Positions 36,442-45,593 of a stretch of 64,000 nt of DNA are shown in pieces; the stretch's first letter is position 1; each line of letters opens with the position of its first letter. The translations under genes and the position numbers were made by a program. This DNA comes from an uncultured Clostridia bacterium (lineage in GTDB: Bacteria > Bacillota > Clostridia > Oscillospirales > Acutalibacteraceae). The DNA is taken from the NCBI GenBank assembly GCA_947572385.1, contig CANPBX010000004.1, positions 23,262 through 87,261 of the forward strand. The letters run 5' to 3'. A model generated the notes under the pieces. It saw only the letters and a list, made by a program, of their open reading frames with translations. It had not been told where the DNA came from and did no database searches.

Positions 36442-37686
36442 TTAAGTGTTGGCAACTGCCAGCATAAGTTTAATGCGGTTCTCTTGGTTGACCCTGGTCG
36501 CACTGGGGTCGTAGTCTATTGGGACTATATTGGCCTTGGGATACACCTTCTTCACCTTGCGTATCATCCCCTTGCCAACAATATGATTGGGCAGGCAGCC
36601 AAATGGCTGGGTGCAGACAACATTCTCGAAGCCGCTCTCAATAAGCTCCATCATCTCAGCTGTGAGCAGCCACCCCTCGCCCATTTTGCAGCCATATCCG
36701 ATTACCTGGCCCGCAAGCTCCTTTAAGTGGCTGTATGGCGACGGGGCTATAAACTGCGGGTACTTTTTTACAGACTCTATTAAGTCCCGCTCAAACTTGG
36801 TAAAATACCACTTGAGCATGGTGCAGAGCTGTTTCTTTGCAGAGCTTCCCCCATAGAGCTCGATATCCTCAAGCCTGTTATCCACCTTGAAAATCATGAA
36901 TCCCACTATGCCTGGCACCATGACCTCACAGCCCTGATTAAAAAGAAAGTCCTCCAGGCCGTTATTGGCAAGGGCCGAATACTTCACGTAGATCTCGCCC
37001 ACCACGCCCACCCGGGTCTTCTCCGTGCGCTCAACCTTTATATTGGCAAAGGACTCTGTGATCCTGTCGAAGTACGCGCGGACCTCCCTCTGGGTGAAGG
37101 CCTTGTTCTCTTCAAACAGCTCCGTGAGCTTTTTTATCCATTCTGAAACAAGCCTGTCGCTCTCGCCGTAGTTGAGCTCATAGGGCTTCACCTGGTTTTT
37201 CAGAAGCATAAGCAGGTCCCCATAGGTAAGGGCGGCTATGGCCCTGCGCAGGAGAGGCAGGGTTATCTTGAAGCCGCTGTTGGACTCTAGGCCGGAGAGG
37301 TTCAGGGATATGACCGGGATATATTCGAGCCCGTCCTTTTTCAGAGCCTTGCGGAGCAGGTGGATATAGTTTGAGGCCCGGCACCCGCCGCCGGTCTGGG
37401 TCATTACAAGGGCCACCTTATGGAGGTCGTACCTGCCGCTGTGCAGGGCGTGCATCATCTGCCCTATAGAGAGAAGGGCCGGATAGCAGGTGTCGTTATG
37501 GACGTACTTTAAGCCCTCGTCCACTATCTCCCGGCCGGTGGTGGTGAGCAGGTCTATCTTGTATCCAAAGCTTATAAGCACGTCCTTTATCAGCTCGAAA
37601 TGTATCGGGGCCATATTGGGCGTGATGATAGTATAGTCTTTCTTCATTTCCCGGGTAAATTCAACCCGGCCGGTGTTTTCGGTCAT
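36442..37686 (-). CDS. 2-hydroxyacyl-CoA dehydratase-family protein
   Basis: NDTCYPA, QTGGGCRASNY, VGEIYVK, GEGWLL, QPFGCLPNH. Confidence 0.85.
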   Translation of the reverse strand: MTENTGRVEFTREMKKDYTIITPNMAPIHFELIKDVLISFGYKIDLLTTTGREIVDEGLKYVHNDTCYPALLSIGQMMHALHSGRYDLHKVALVMTQTGGGCRASNYIHLLRKALKKDGLEYIPVISLNLSGLESNSGFKITLPLLRRAIAALTYGDLLMLLKNQVKPYELNYGESDRLVSEWIKKLTELFEENKAFTQREVRAYFDRITESFANIKVERTEKTRVGVVGEIYVKYSALANNGLEDFLFNQGCEVMVPGIVGFMIFKVDNRLEDIELYGGSSAKKQLCTMLKWYFTKFERDLIESVKKYPQFIAPSPYSHLKELAGQVIGYGCKMGEGWLLTAEMMELIESGFENVVCTQPFGCLPNHIVGKGMIRKVKKVYPKANIVPIDYDPSATRVNQENRIKLMLAVANT

Positions 37687-37687
37687 A

Positions 37688-40594
37688 TTATTCCCCCAGT
37701 CCAAGGGCGGCGAATAAGCTGCGCAGGCGAATGCGCACCGCTCCCAGGTTAGTTATCTCGTCTATCTTTATCTGTGTGTAGATACGGCCGCCCTCTTCAA
37801 GGATGGATCGCACCTCGTCGCCGGTTATGGCGTCTACCCCGCAGCCAAAGGACACCATCTGTACCAAATTCACCCGGGGGTCTTTGCTCTCTGCAACAAA
37901 CCTTGCCGCGGCATAGAGCCTCGAGTGGTAGGTCCACTGGTTCAATACAGTGGTGGGGAATTTCTCCACCTGGTCGCTGACGGAATCCTCCGTCACCAGG
38001 ACCGCCCCGCATTCGCAGATAAGTTTATCGATCCCATGGTTTATCTCCGGGTCTAAATGGTATGGCCTTCCGGAGAGGATCACTACAGGCAGGTTGTTCT
38101 CCCTGGCATATGATAGGTACTCCCGGCCCTTTTCACGTATGCGGGACATATACCTTTCGTACTCTCCATATGCCGCGGCGGCAGCCTCTTTTACTTCCCG
38201 CTCAGGGATAGGCGGGAAGTATTTGGCTAAGATGGCGGTCATCTTCTTTGGAAAGTCCTTGGGCCTGTGAAGGCCTACATAGTCGTAGATAAACCGGTGG
38301 TCCTCAAGGGCTGTGACGTTGGCGTCTAAAACCTCGGGGTAATAGGCGACTACCGGGCAGTTATAGTGGTTATCGCCTTTGTGCTCGTCCACGTTATAGC
38401 TCATACATGGATAGAAAATCGCGTCGGGCTTCATGTCCATAAGCGCCTCAATATGGCCGTGCATGAGCTTTGCAGGATAGCAGACCGTGTCTGAGGGTAT
38501 AGTGTGCTGGCCTCTAAAATAGAGCTGCCGGTCGGACTGGGGGGAGGCAATAACCCCAAAGTTAAGCTTCGTAAAGAAGGTGTGCCAGAATGGGTAGAGC
38601 TCAAACATATTAAGGCCCATGGGTATGGCAATAGTGCCGCGCCCTCCCTTTGCAGGCCCGTATCCTGCCAGGAGCTGTTTTTTGTAGTCATAAAGGTTAT
38701 ATTTTGCGGTGGGGCTGTGCTTTTGCAGGGGCTTATCACAGCGGTTACCGGCTATGTATCTGGCCCCATTCGCAAAGGTATTTACCGTCAGGCGGCAGTG
38801 ATTCTGGCAGCCGCTGCAGGTGACGGCCTTGACCTCATGGCCGAAGCTCTCCAGCTCATTGGGGGAGAGTATGCTGCTCTCGCCCTTTGAGCGCTCCAAG
38901 GCGTAGAGGGCCGCTCCGAAAGCCCCCATTAGACCTGCTACTGATGGGCGGGTCACCCCCTGGCCTATCTCCCGCTCGAAAGCCCGGAGTACAGCGTCGT
39001 TTAGGAAGGTGCCCCCCTGGACCACGATATGCCTGCCAAGGCTCTTGGCATCTGTCACACGTATCACCTTATATAGGGCGTTCTTAACTACGCTCATAGA
39101 CAGGCCAGCCGAAATATTTCCAAGGGTAGCGCCGTCTTTCTGGGCCTGCTTCACTGAAGAATTCATGAACACCGTACACCTGGAGCCCAAGTCGACCGGG
39201 CTGCCGGCGAAAAGGCCCTCCCTGGCAAAGTCGTTCATCTCATAGCCAAGGGCGCCTGCAAAGGTCTGTAAGAATGAGCCGCAGCCGGAGGAGCATGCCT
39301 CGTTTAGGAAAATATTATCGATAACGCCGTCCTTTATCCTAAAGCACTTTATATCCTGGCCCCCGATGTCTATGATGAAATCCACCTCCGGCTGGAACTT
39401 CTTCGCCGCAGTGAAATGGGCAATGGTCTCAACAACGCCTAGATCCAGGCCGAAGGCATTCTTGATCATCTCCTCGCCGTAGCCTGTGGAGGCCGCGCCT
39501 TTTATGTGTATATCGGGAAAATCCCTGTAGAGGTCCCGAAGGAAATCCCTAACCAGTGGGACCGGATTGCCGTTATTGGGGAGATACCTTGAGCATACTA
39601 TATCCCCGGCTGAGTTTATTGCCACTGCCTTCACCGTGGTGGATCCGGCGTCTATGCCCACATAGGCCGTGCCGTCTTCGGAGAGCTTGCCGTCAGTGGG
39701 CACGCTGTCCTTTTTGTGGCGCTCCACAAACTCCTTATATTCGTCTTCGTCTGCAAACAAGGCCTCGCTGCTCTGGTAGCTGTGGCTGGAGCTGTAGTTT
39801 CCTATGCGCCCGGTTATCTCCGCCAGGTCGAATTCCTCTGAGTCATCGGACAGCGCCGCGCCTGCCGCCACGTAATACAGGGAGTCCTCAGGGCATATGC
39901 CCCTGACCCCCAGTATCTCATCAAAAGCCTTTCTCAGCTGGGGCAGAAAGGTGAGCGGCCCTCCAAGATACACTATGTTCCCCTCTATCTCCCGGCCCTG
40001 TGCCAGCCCTGCCACCGTCTGGTTTACAACAGCTGTTAAAATGCTGGCGGCTATGTCGTCCTTCTGAGCACCCTGGTTTAACAGGGCTTGGATATCGGAT
40101 TTGGCGAAGACGCCGCAGCGGGAGGCTATGCTGTACGTGCGCTCGGCTTTTCCGGCTATCTCGTCCAGCTCGCCGGGAGTTATGTCCAATAGTGTGGCCA
40201 TCTGGTCGATAAAGGCCCCGGTGCCTCCGGCGCAGGAGCCGTTCATGCGCACCTCCATGGAGCCCGAGAGGAAAAGTATCTTCGCGTCCTCGCCTCCAAG
40301 CTCAATGACAACATCAGCACCCGGCATATATTTCACCACCGCCGTGCGGGTGGCATAGACCTCCTGGACAAAGGGGATGCCCAAGTCCTCCGCAAGGCCC
40401 ATGCCAGCCGAGCCGGACACACACAGCCCCGCCCTCCTGAGCCCGGGCAGCTGCTCCCCGATAAGCCTTAGCATGGCTGAGGCCTTCTCTGCTATCTGGG
40501 AGTAGTGGCGCTCATATCTCTTAAATACCGGCTCATCTCCGTCATATACAACACATTTCAGCGTGGTGGAGCCAACATCCAAACCTATTTTCAT
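37688..40594 (-). CDS. Acyl-CoA dehydratase activase-related multidomain protein (two BadF/BadG ATPase domains + DUF2229-like)
   Basis: GLDVGSTT and GIDAGSTT, CAGGTG, SRCGVF, CSSGCG, SRCTVF, VCYPAK, FGCGVD. Confidence 0.88.
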   Translation of the reverse strand: MKIGLDVGSTTLKCVVYDGDEPVFKRYERHYSQIAEKASAMLRLIGEQLPGLRRAGLCVSGSAGMGLAEDLGIPFVQEVYATRTAVVKYMPGADVVIELGGEDAKILFLSGSMEVRMNGSCAGGTGAFIDQMATLLDITPGELDEIAGKAERTYSIASRCGVFAKSDIQALLNQGAQKDDIAASILTAVVNQTVAGLAQGREIEGNIVYLGGPLTFLPQLRKAFDEILGVRGICPEDSLYYVAAGAALSDDSEEFDLAEITGRIGNYSSSHSYQSSEALFADEDEYKEFVERHKKDSVPTDGKLSEDGTAYVGIDAGSTTVKAVAINSAGDIVCSRYLPNNGNPVPLVRDFLRDLYRDFPDIHIKGAASTGYGEEMIKNAFGLDLGVVETIAHFTAAKKFQPEVDFIIDIGGQDIKCFRIKDGVIDNIFLNEACSSGCGSFLQTFAGALGYEMNDFAREGLFAGSPVDLGSRCTVFMNSSVKQAQKDGATLGNISAGLSMSVVKNALYKVIRVTDAKSLGRHIVVQGGTFLNDAVLRAFEREIGQGVTRPSVAGLMGAFGAALYALERSKGESSILSPNELESFGHEVKAVTCSGCQNHCRLTVNTFANGARYIAGNRCDKPLQKHSPTAKYNLYDYKKQLLAGYGPAKGGRGTIAIPMGLNMFELYPFWHTFFTKLNFGVIASPQSDRQLYFRGQHTIPSDTVCYPAKLMHGHIEALMDMKPDAIFYPCMSYNVDEHKGDNHYNCPVVAYYPEVLDANVTALEDHRFIYDYVGLHRPKDFPKKMTAILAKYFPPIPEREVKEAAAAAYGEYERYMSRIREKGREYLSYARENNLPVVILSGRPYHLDPEINHGIDKLICECGAVLVTEDSVSDQVEKFPTTVLNQWTYHSRLYAAARFVAESKDPRVNLVQMVSFGCGVDAITGDEVRSILEEGGRIYTQIKIDEITNLGAVRIRLRSLFAALGLGE

Positions 40595-40805
40595 ACTCTG
40601 CGGCAGCTTCCTTTCCCTGGTTTCTCCTATCCTGATCTATGGGTTTATAGAAATGATAACATTTTTCGACCAAAAAATCAACAGGCTGGGCATTAACAAT
40701 ATATGGTGTGTTTATTGTGAAAATATAGCTAAATCATACTATTTATACGGCATATGGCCCTCACCCAGGTCATGTGCCGCGGCTGGCTTTTTTTCACTCT
40801 ATATG

Positions 40806-41351
40806 CTATAATATTCGGTAAAGACCCGCGTCCAGAGCCTTGCTTACTAAAGCTGCGGTCTCATTAGGTGACTGCCCTGCGGTGTTGACGGCGTGGCGCT
40901 CATATTCCCCAAGGTCTGCGAACATATTCCACATAAAGGCGACGTTTTCCGGCTGCAGAGGAAACTCCGCGCGCTGTTCACGCTCCGCAGCCCGGGCCAT
41001 AGTCTCCCCTTTATCCGGCCTAAGCACTATATAGCGCAGGTCCAGCCCCCTTTTTGCCAGCGCCCGCCAGGGGGCCAGGAACCATGGGCCTATAACTCCA
41101 TCCACATAGACCATATAGCCTCCCCGGACATATTCCCGGGCACAGGCACATATGGCGTTTATCACCGTCTCGTTCTGGTCCCCGGAGTCTTCCCGCCATG
41201 GGGGGATATAGCCCTTGCGTATGTACTCATAGAAATCATCCGTGTGCATATGTACTGAGGGAGGTTTGCCGCTGTCAGCCAGCAGCCGGGAAACCGTAGT
41301 CTTCCCCGAGCCGCAGGGACCGGATATCAATATCAGCATCCCATTGCCCAT
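40806..41351 (-). CDS. Small P-loop kinase/ATPase (AAA_33-like)
   Basis: SGPCGSGKTT; start probably ATG 41351. Confidence 0.8.
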   Translation of the reverse strand: MGNGMLILISGPCGSGKTTVSRLLADSGKPPSVHMHTDDFYEYIRKGYIPPWREDSGDQNETVINAICACAREYVRGGYMVYVDGVIGPWFLAPWRALAKRGLDLRYIVLRPDKGETMARAAEREQRAEFPLQPENVAFMWNMFADLGEYERHAVNTAGQSPNETAALVSKALDAGLYRIL

Positions 41352-41393
41352 AAATATCACCTACTATATTATATTAAAGAAAGCTGGGTTATC

Positions 41394-41819
41394 ATGACCA
41401 TATACACCCGACCTGTCCACTATTACGAGACCGACCGCATGGACTGTGTGCACCACTCCAACTATATCCGCTGGTTCGAGGAGGCCCGGGTCCATTTCAT
41501 GAAGGAGAACGGCTTCCCCTACGAAGACCTTGAGGCGGCGGGCATTGTAAGCCCGGTGCTCAGCGTGGAAGCGAATTACCACTCCATGTGCCGCTTTGGA
41601 GATACTGTAGAGATCGCAGTGGAAATAAACAGCTATTCCCGTACACGGATCTCCTTCCACTACCAGGTGAAGGACAAGGCCACCGGCCAGTCCAGGTGCG
41701 ACGGCTGGACGTACCACTGTTTCATAAACCGATCCGGAAGGCCGGTGTCTCTGAAAAAGGCAATGCCTGAGTATGACCGCATCGCTGCGGAGCTCCTAGC
41801 TGAGAAGGAGGGCGAGTAA
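41394..41819 (+). CDS. YbgC/FadM family acyl-CoA thioesterase
   Basis: YYETDRMDCVHHSNYIRWFEEAR. Confidence 0.9.
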   Translation: MTIYTRPVHYYETDRMDCVHHSNYIRWFEEARVHFMKENGFPYEDLEAAGIVSPVLSVEANYHSMCRFGDTVEIAVEINSYSRTRISFHYQVKDKATGQSRCDGWTYHCFINRSGRPVSLKKAMPEYDRIAAELLAEKEGE

Positions 41820-42299
41820 ATGGCAAAGGTTATGCTGATATGCGGCAAGCTGTGCAGCGGAAAAAGCTGGTACTGCCGGGAGCTTATGAGAAAGTCTCCG
41901 GCCCTTCTGCTGTCTGTAGATGAAATAACTGAGCGAGTCTTCGACAAGAGCTTAGGCGAGCGCCACGATATTGTCTCAGCCAAAATACGGTCATATCTGC
42001 TGGATAAGGCCGCCGAGGCCGTTTCAGCCGGGGCTGACGTGATACTGGACTGGGGCTTCTGGACGAGGTCCTGGCGTCTTGAGGCAAACGAATTTTTCCG
42101 TGGGCGCAAAATCGCCTATGAGTGGCACTATATTGACGTGCCCGACGAGGTCTGGCAGGAGAATATCGCCCGCAGGAATAAAGCTGTCCTTGCCGGCGAG
42201 GACGACAGCTATTATGTGGACGAGGGGCTCCTTGAGAAATTCAAAGATCTCTTCCAGCCGCCGGAGCCCGGCGAGATGGATATTATATTCAGGCGTTAG
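41820..42299 (+). CDS. Small P-loop kinase/ATPase (AAA_33-like)
   Basis: CGKLCSGKS, LSVDE, VILDWGFWT. Confidence 0.8.
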   Translation: MAKVMLICGKLCSGKSWYCRELMRKSPALLLSVDEITERVFDKSLGERHDIVSAKIRSYLLDKAAEAVSAGADVILDWGFWTRSWRLEANEFFRGRKIAYEWHYIDVPDEVWQENIARRNKAVLAGEDDSYYVDEGLLEKFKDLFQPPEPGEMDIIFRR

Positions 42300-43180
42300 C
42301 CTGCCGTCATAGCCTTCGCTGTTTTGGCGTTGCGCTTTATCTCCTCCTTGAGCTCGTCCAGGGAGGGGAATTTCTTCTCGGGGCGGATGAAGTCCACCAG
42401 CTCGACCCGGACCCTCTGGCCGTACAGGTCCCCGGTAAACTCCGGCATCCAGGTCTCTGCCAGCACCCTGTCCGAGCCCACGGTGGGCTTCACGCCTATA
42501 TTGCACACGCCGTAGTACCTGCCGCTGTCTGTCCGGCACCAGGCGGCATATACGCCGAACCGGGGCAATGCCAGATCCTCTGGCAGGGCCTGGTTTATAG
42601 TCGGCGTTCCCAGCCCGCGGCCTATATGGTTCCCGTGTATCACCTCAAGGGAGAAGCCGAAGGCCCTGCCAAGCAGACGGTTTGCCGTGGAGATATCCCC
42701 CTTGGCAACCGCCCTTCTTATGCGTGTTGAGCTCACCTTCCCTCCGCCGTCCAGCACCGGCGGGACGACCACAAGCTGCGTCCCGGACGCCTCACACATT
42801 CTCAAAAGCAGCCCGGCGTCCCCCTCCGCTCCCCTTCCGAAGCGGAAGTCCCCGCCGCAGCAGAGGCGCTTCGCGTTGAGCCGGCCCAGCAGAATGTCCG
42901 CTGCAAACCTCTCAGCCTCCATGTCCCGGAGCTCTGCAAAATCCATAGAGTACACGCGCTCTATGCCCATGGACTCAAGGGCCGCTGCCTTGTCCTCCGG
43001 GGTCATAAGCGCCGGGTCCCCTGAGGGACTCTTTTTGAATGTGAACACCTGCGTGCTGTACCTCGAGCCCAGCGCCGCCTCAAGCACCGCCCTATGCCCC
43101 AGATGCAGGCCGTCGAAGGTCCCCAGCGCCAGGGACGCAGGGGGATTGTCTTTTATGTCCAGGGTCTCCAGTATCTCCAT
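42296..43180 (-). CDS. ribF: Bifunctional riboflavin kinase/FAD synthetase
   Basis: GTFDGLHLGH, GGDFRFG, VSSTRIR, GTPTIN, NIGVKPTV. Confidence 0.95.
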   Translation of the reverse strand: MEILETLDIKDNPPASLALGTFDGLHLGHRAVLEAALGSRYSTQVFTFKKSPSGDPALMTPEDKAAALESMGIERVYSMDFAELRDMEAERFAADILLGRLNAKRLCCGGDFRFGRGAEGDAGLLLRMCEASGTQLVVVPPVLDGGGKVSSTRIRRAVAKGDISTANRLLGRAFGFSLEVIHGNHIGRGLGTPTINQALPEDLALPRFGVYAAWCRTDSGRYYGVCNIGVKPTVGSDRVLAETWMPEFTGDLYGQRVRVELVDFIRPEKKFPSLDELKEEIKRNAKTAKAMTAG

Positions 43181-43204
43181 GGAGTCCTCCCCTCCCTTAT
43201 ACTC

Positions 43205-44116
43205 TCAATTTTCCTCTGCAAACAGCTTTAAAAAGCCCAGCTGGTTTATCTCCGGCTGGGCTTTTGCCAGCCCCAAGAAGCGCCCCTCAGGGCCGTAGAC
43301 GCAAAAGCGCTGGCCCTCCCTCAATGCTATCCTGGGCATACGCAGCCGCCCTATGTCAAGCCCGCCGCCGTTGCAAAACCTTACTGCCTGGGCCGGGCTC
43401 ACCTGCACCGGCGGGTAGTCCCTGAACAGGGTCTCCACAGGCCGCAGGACCGTTTCCAGCTTACCTTCCGCTGCCAGAGCCCGCAGGCCGTCCAGGGTAA
43501 CAGCCTCTTTTTCCGCAAACCCACAGGCTTTTACACGCCGCAGGGAGGTCATGGTCCCAAGGGTACCGGAAGCTTTTGCAATGTCTTCAATAAGCGCCCT
43601 GATATATGTGCCTTTTGAGCAGGATACTCTTAATATGCCTTTTTGTCCGTCTACGTCAAAACTTCTCAGCTCCAAAGCCTCTATGTGTATGGGCCTGGCC
43701 TCCCGCTCTATTTCAATGCCCTGCCGCGCCAGCTTATAGAGCCGCTGTCCCTTTACCGACACAGCGGAATACATCGGCGGCACCTGCATAATATCTCCGC
43801 AAAACTCTGGGATCACACTCACTATGGCCTCTGCCGGCACTCTGGCGGCACAGACCTCTATGACCTTACCGGTCACGTCGCCTGTGTCATAGCGCTCACC
43901 AAGGCTAAATCCCGCCTCGTACTCCTTATCCGTGTCCGGCAGTAGATCGGCAGCCTTTGCCGCCCTCCCTATAAGCAAAGGAAGCACCCCGGTGGCCATA
44001 GGGTCCAGGGTGCCGGTGTGGCCGATCTTCTTTTCCTTTGCAAGCCCCCGCATGACTGCCACCGCGTCGAAGGAGGTGAAGCCAGCAGGCTTGTCCAATA
44101 TAATAACTCCGTTCAT
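43205..44116 (-). CDS. truB: tRNA pseudouridine(55) synthase
   Basis: KIGHTGTLDPMATGVL, QVPPMYSA, CSKGTYIR. Confidence 0.97.
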   Translation of the reverse strand: MNGVIILDKPAGFTSFDAVAVMRGLAKEKKIGHTGTLDPMATGVLPLLIGRAAKAADLLPDTDKEYEAGFSLGERYDTGDVTGKVIEVCAARVPAEAIVSVIPEFCGDIMQVPPMYSAVSVKGQRLYKLARQGIEIEREARPIHIEALELRSFDVDGQKGILRVSCSKGTYIRALIEDIAKASGTLGTMTSLRRVKACGFAEKEAVTLDGLRALAAEGKLETVLRPVETLFRDYPPVQVSPAQAVRFCNGGGLDIGRLRMPRIALREGQRFCVYGPEGRFLGLAKAQPEINQLGFLKLFAEEN

Positions 44117-44122
44117 TGGGGT

Positions 44123-45091
44123 TTAGATACTTCCTATCTCCTGTAAGTATTCCCGGCAGACAGTAAGCATCCTCTGCCGGGCCTCGTCCATAGCTATCCC
44201 CTCAAAGCTGCACCCCGCCGCCCCAGGATGGCCTCCGCCCCCAAAGCGCCCGCAGATGTCCGCGGCGTTGACCGGAGGGTTTGAGCGCAGGGATATCTTT
44301 ATCTTGCCCTCCTGGCGTTCCTTCACGGTGACGCCGATAAGCACACCCTCTATCTGCCTTGGCAGGCTCTCCACGCCGTCCAGCTCGTTTTCGCTGGCCC
44401 CTGTGCTCTCGTAGACGAACTGTGGAAGCTGGATAATTGCCAGCCTTCCCCCGCAGTGGAACTCCAAGGTATCAGTTATGAGCTTTTCGGCCTCCATTGA
44501 GGCCCGGGTGCGGGTCTCGAAGTTCCGTTGATTTATGTCCCCTGCCGGGGCTCCGGCCTCCAAGGCGTCAGCAGCCGCCCGCAGGGTGCGGGGGGTCACG
44601 TTCCTGTACCGGAAACAGCCGGTGTCTGTGGCCATTCCGGTATAGAGGCACCCGGCGGCAGCTTCATCCGGCTCTGCCCCCAGCTCCTTCAAAAGCAGCC
44701 AGACCATCTCCGCGGTGGCAGCGCTCCCCGGCTCCACCCAGCGCTCCTTTGCGAATGGCACATGGGTGCCGTGGTGGTCTATCGCCATCTCTATCCTGTC
44801 CCCGAACCTATCCCAGGCGTCGCCTAAGAGCTTGCTGTCAGCCGCGTCCACCGTGACTATATGCTCCGGCGCGAAGTCAATTTCCTCAAGCCCCTGGAAA
44901 AGATACGCAAACTTCTCGGGCATGGGGCTTGCGCAGTACCAGCCCGCCCTTTTTCCCAGAGAGCGCAGCCCCCGCACCAGCCCGAACATGGAGCCCAGCG
45001 CGTCCCCGTCCGGGTTCTCGTGGCATATTACCAGTATATCGTCCCAGCCGCCTATACGCGCGGCAGCCTCCTTACAGGTCAGCATCTCCAT
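44123..45091 (-). CDS. nrnA: DHH/DHHA1 phosphoesterase (NrnA-like oligoribonuclease/PAP phosphatase)
   Basis: HENPDGDA, IDHH, TDTGCF, SLRS, GGGGHPGAAG. Confidence 0.88.
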   Translation of the reverse strand: MEMLTCKEAAARIGGWDDILVICHENPDGDALGSMFGLVRGLRSLGKRAGWYCASPMPEKFAYLFQGLEEIDFAPEHIVTVDAADSKLLGDAWDRFGDRIEMAIDHHGTHVPFAKERWVEPGSAATAEMVWLLLKELGAEPDEAAAGCLYTGMATDTGCFRYRNVTPRTLRAAADALEAGAPAGDINQRNFETRTRASMEAEKLITDTLEFHCGGRLAIIQLPQFVYESTGASENELDGVESLPRQIEGVLIGVTVKERQEGKIKISLRSNPPVNAADICGRFGGGGHPGAAGCSFEGIAMDEARQRMLTVCREYLQEIGSI

Positions 45092-45452
45092 CCTCCTTTG
45101 GGGCCTCGGGTATATCCAGATCGTTTATTATCTTTGAGATACTTGCCCCATACTCAATAGAGTCTGTGGGCTTGAATATGAGTTGCGGCACATGTCTGAG
45201 CTTCAGCCTATGGCCCAGCTCCCGGCGTATAAATCCTGCCGCCGACTTCAGGCCCTCAGCCGCCTGCTTTGAGCGCTCCAGGCCCTCTACTGTGCTGACA
45301 TATGCCGTGCAGTATGACAGGTCGTTGGTGACCTCTACCCGCACTACGCTCAATAGGCAGCCGGTCACCCGGGGATCCTTCAGCTCCCGCAGGATAGTGG
45401 AAAGCTCCCGGCTGATGTCTCCGGCGGTGCGGGCTTGTTTGTTTGTGGGCAT
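45072..45452 (-). CDS. rbfA: Ribosome-binding factor A
   Basis: LKDPRV, V.VTNDLSY, AAGFIRRELG..LKLRHVPQL; start at ATG 45452. Confidence 0.95.
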   Translation of the reverse strand: MPTNKQARTAGDISRELSTILRELKDPRVTGCLLSVVRVEVTNDLSYCTAYVSTVEGLERSKQAAEGLKSAAGFIRRELGHRLKLRHVPQLIFKPTDSIEYGASISKIINDLDIPEAPKEDGDADL

Positions 45453-45538
45453 GGTGTTCACTCCTTTTTTATTGCCATTTTTTATACTAAAATGGCAATA
45501 CTTTTCTTTTTTGCTTTTTGGCTTGACGGCAAGGCCGT

Positions 45539-45589
45539 GGGGCGCTGCCCCACACCCTGCCACCTTTCGAAAAGGTGGACGAAACTTTT
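45539..45589 (+). repeat. REP-like hairpin repeat copy 3 (most complete)
   Basis: GGGGCGCTGCCCCACACCCTGCCACCTTTCGAAAAGGTGGACGAAACTTTT, two hairpins. Confidence 0.7.
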
Positions 45590-45593
45590 GCTC

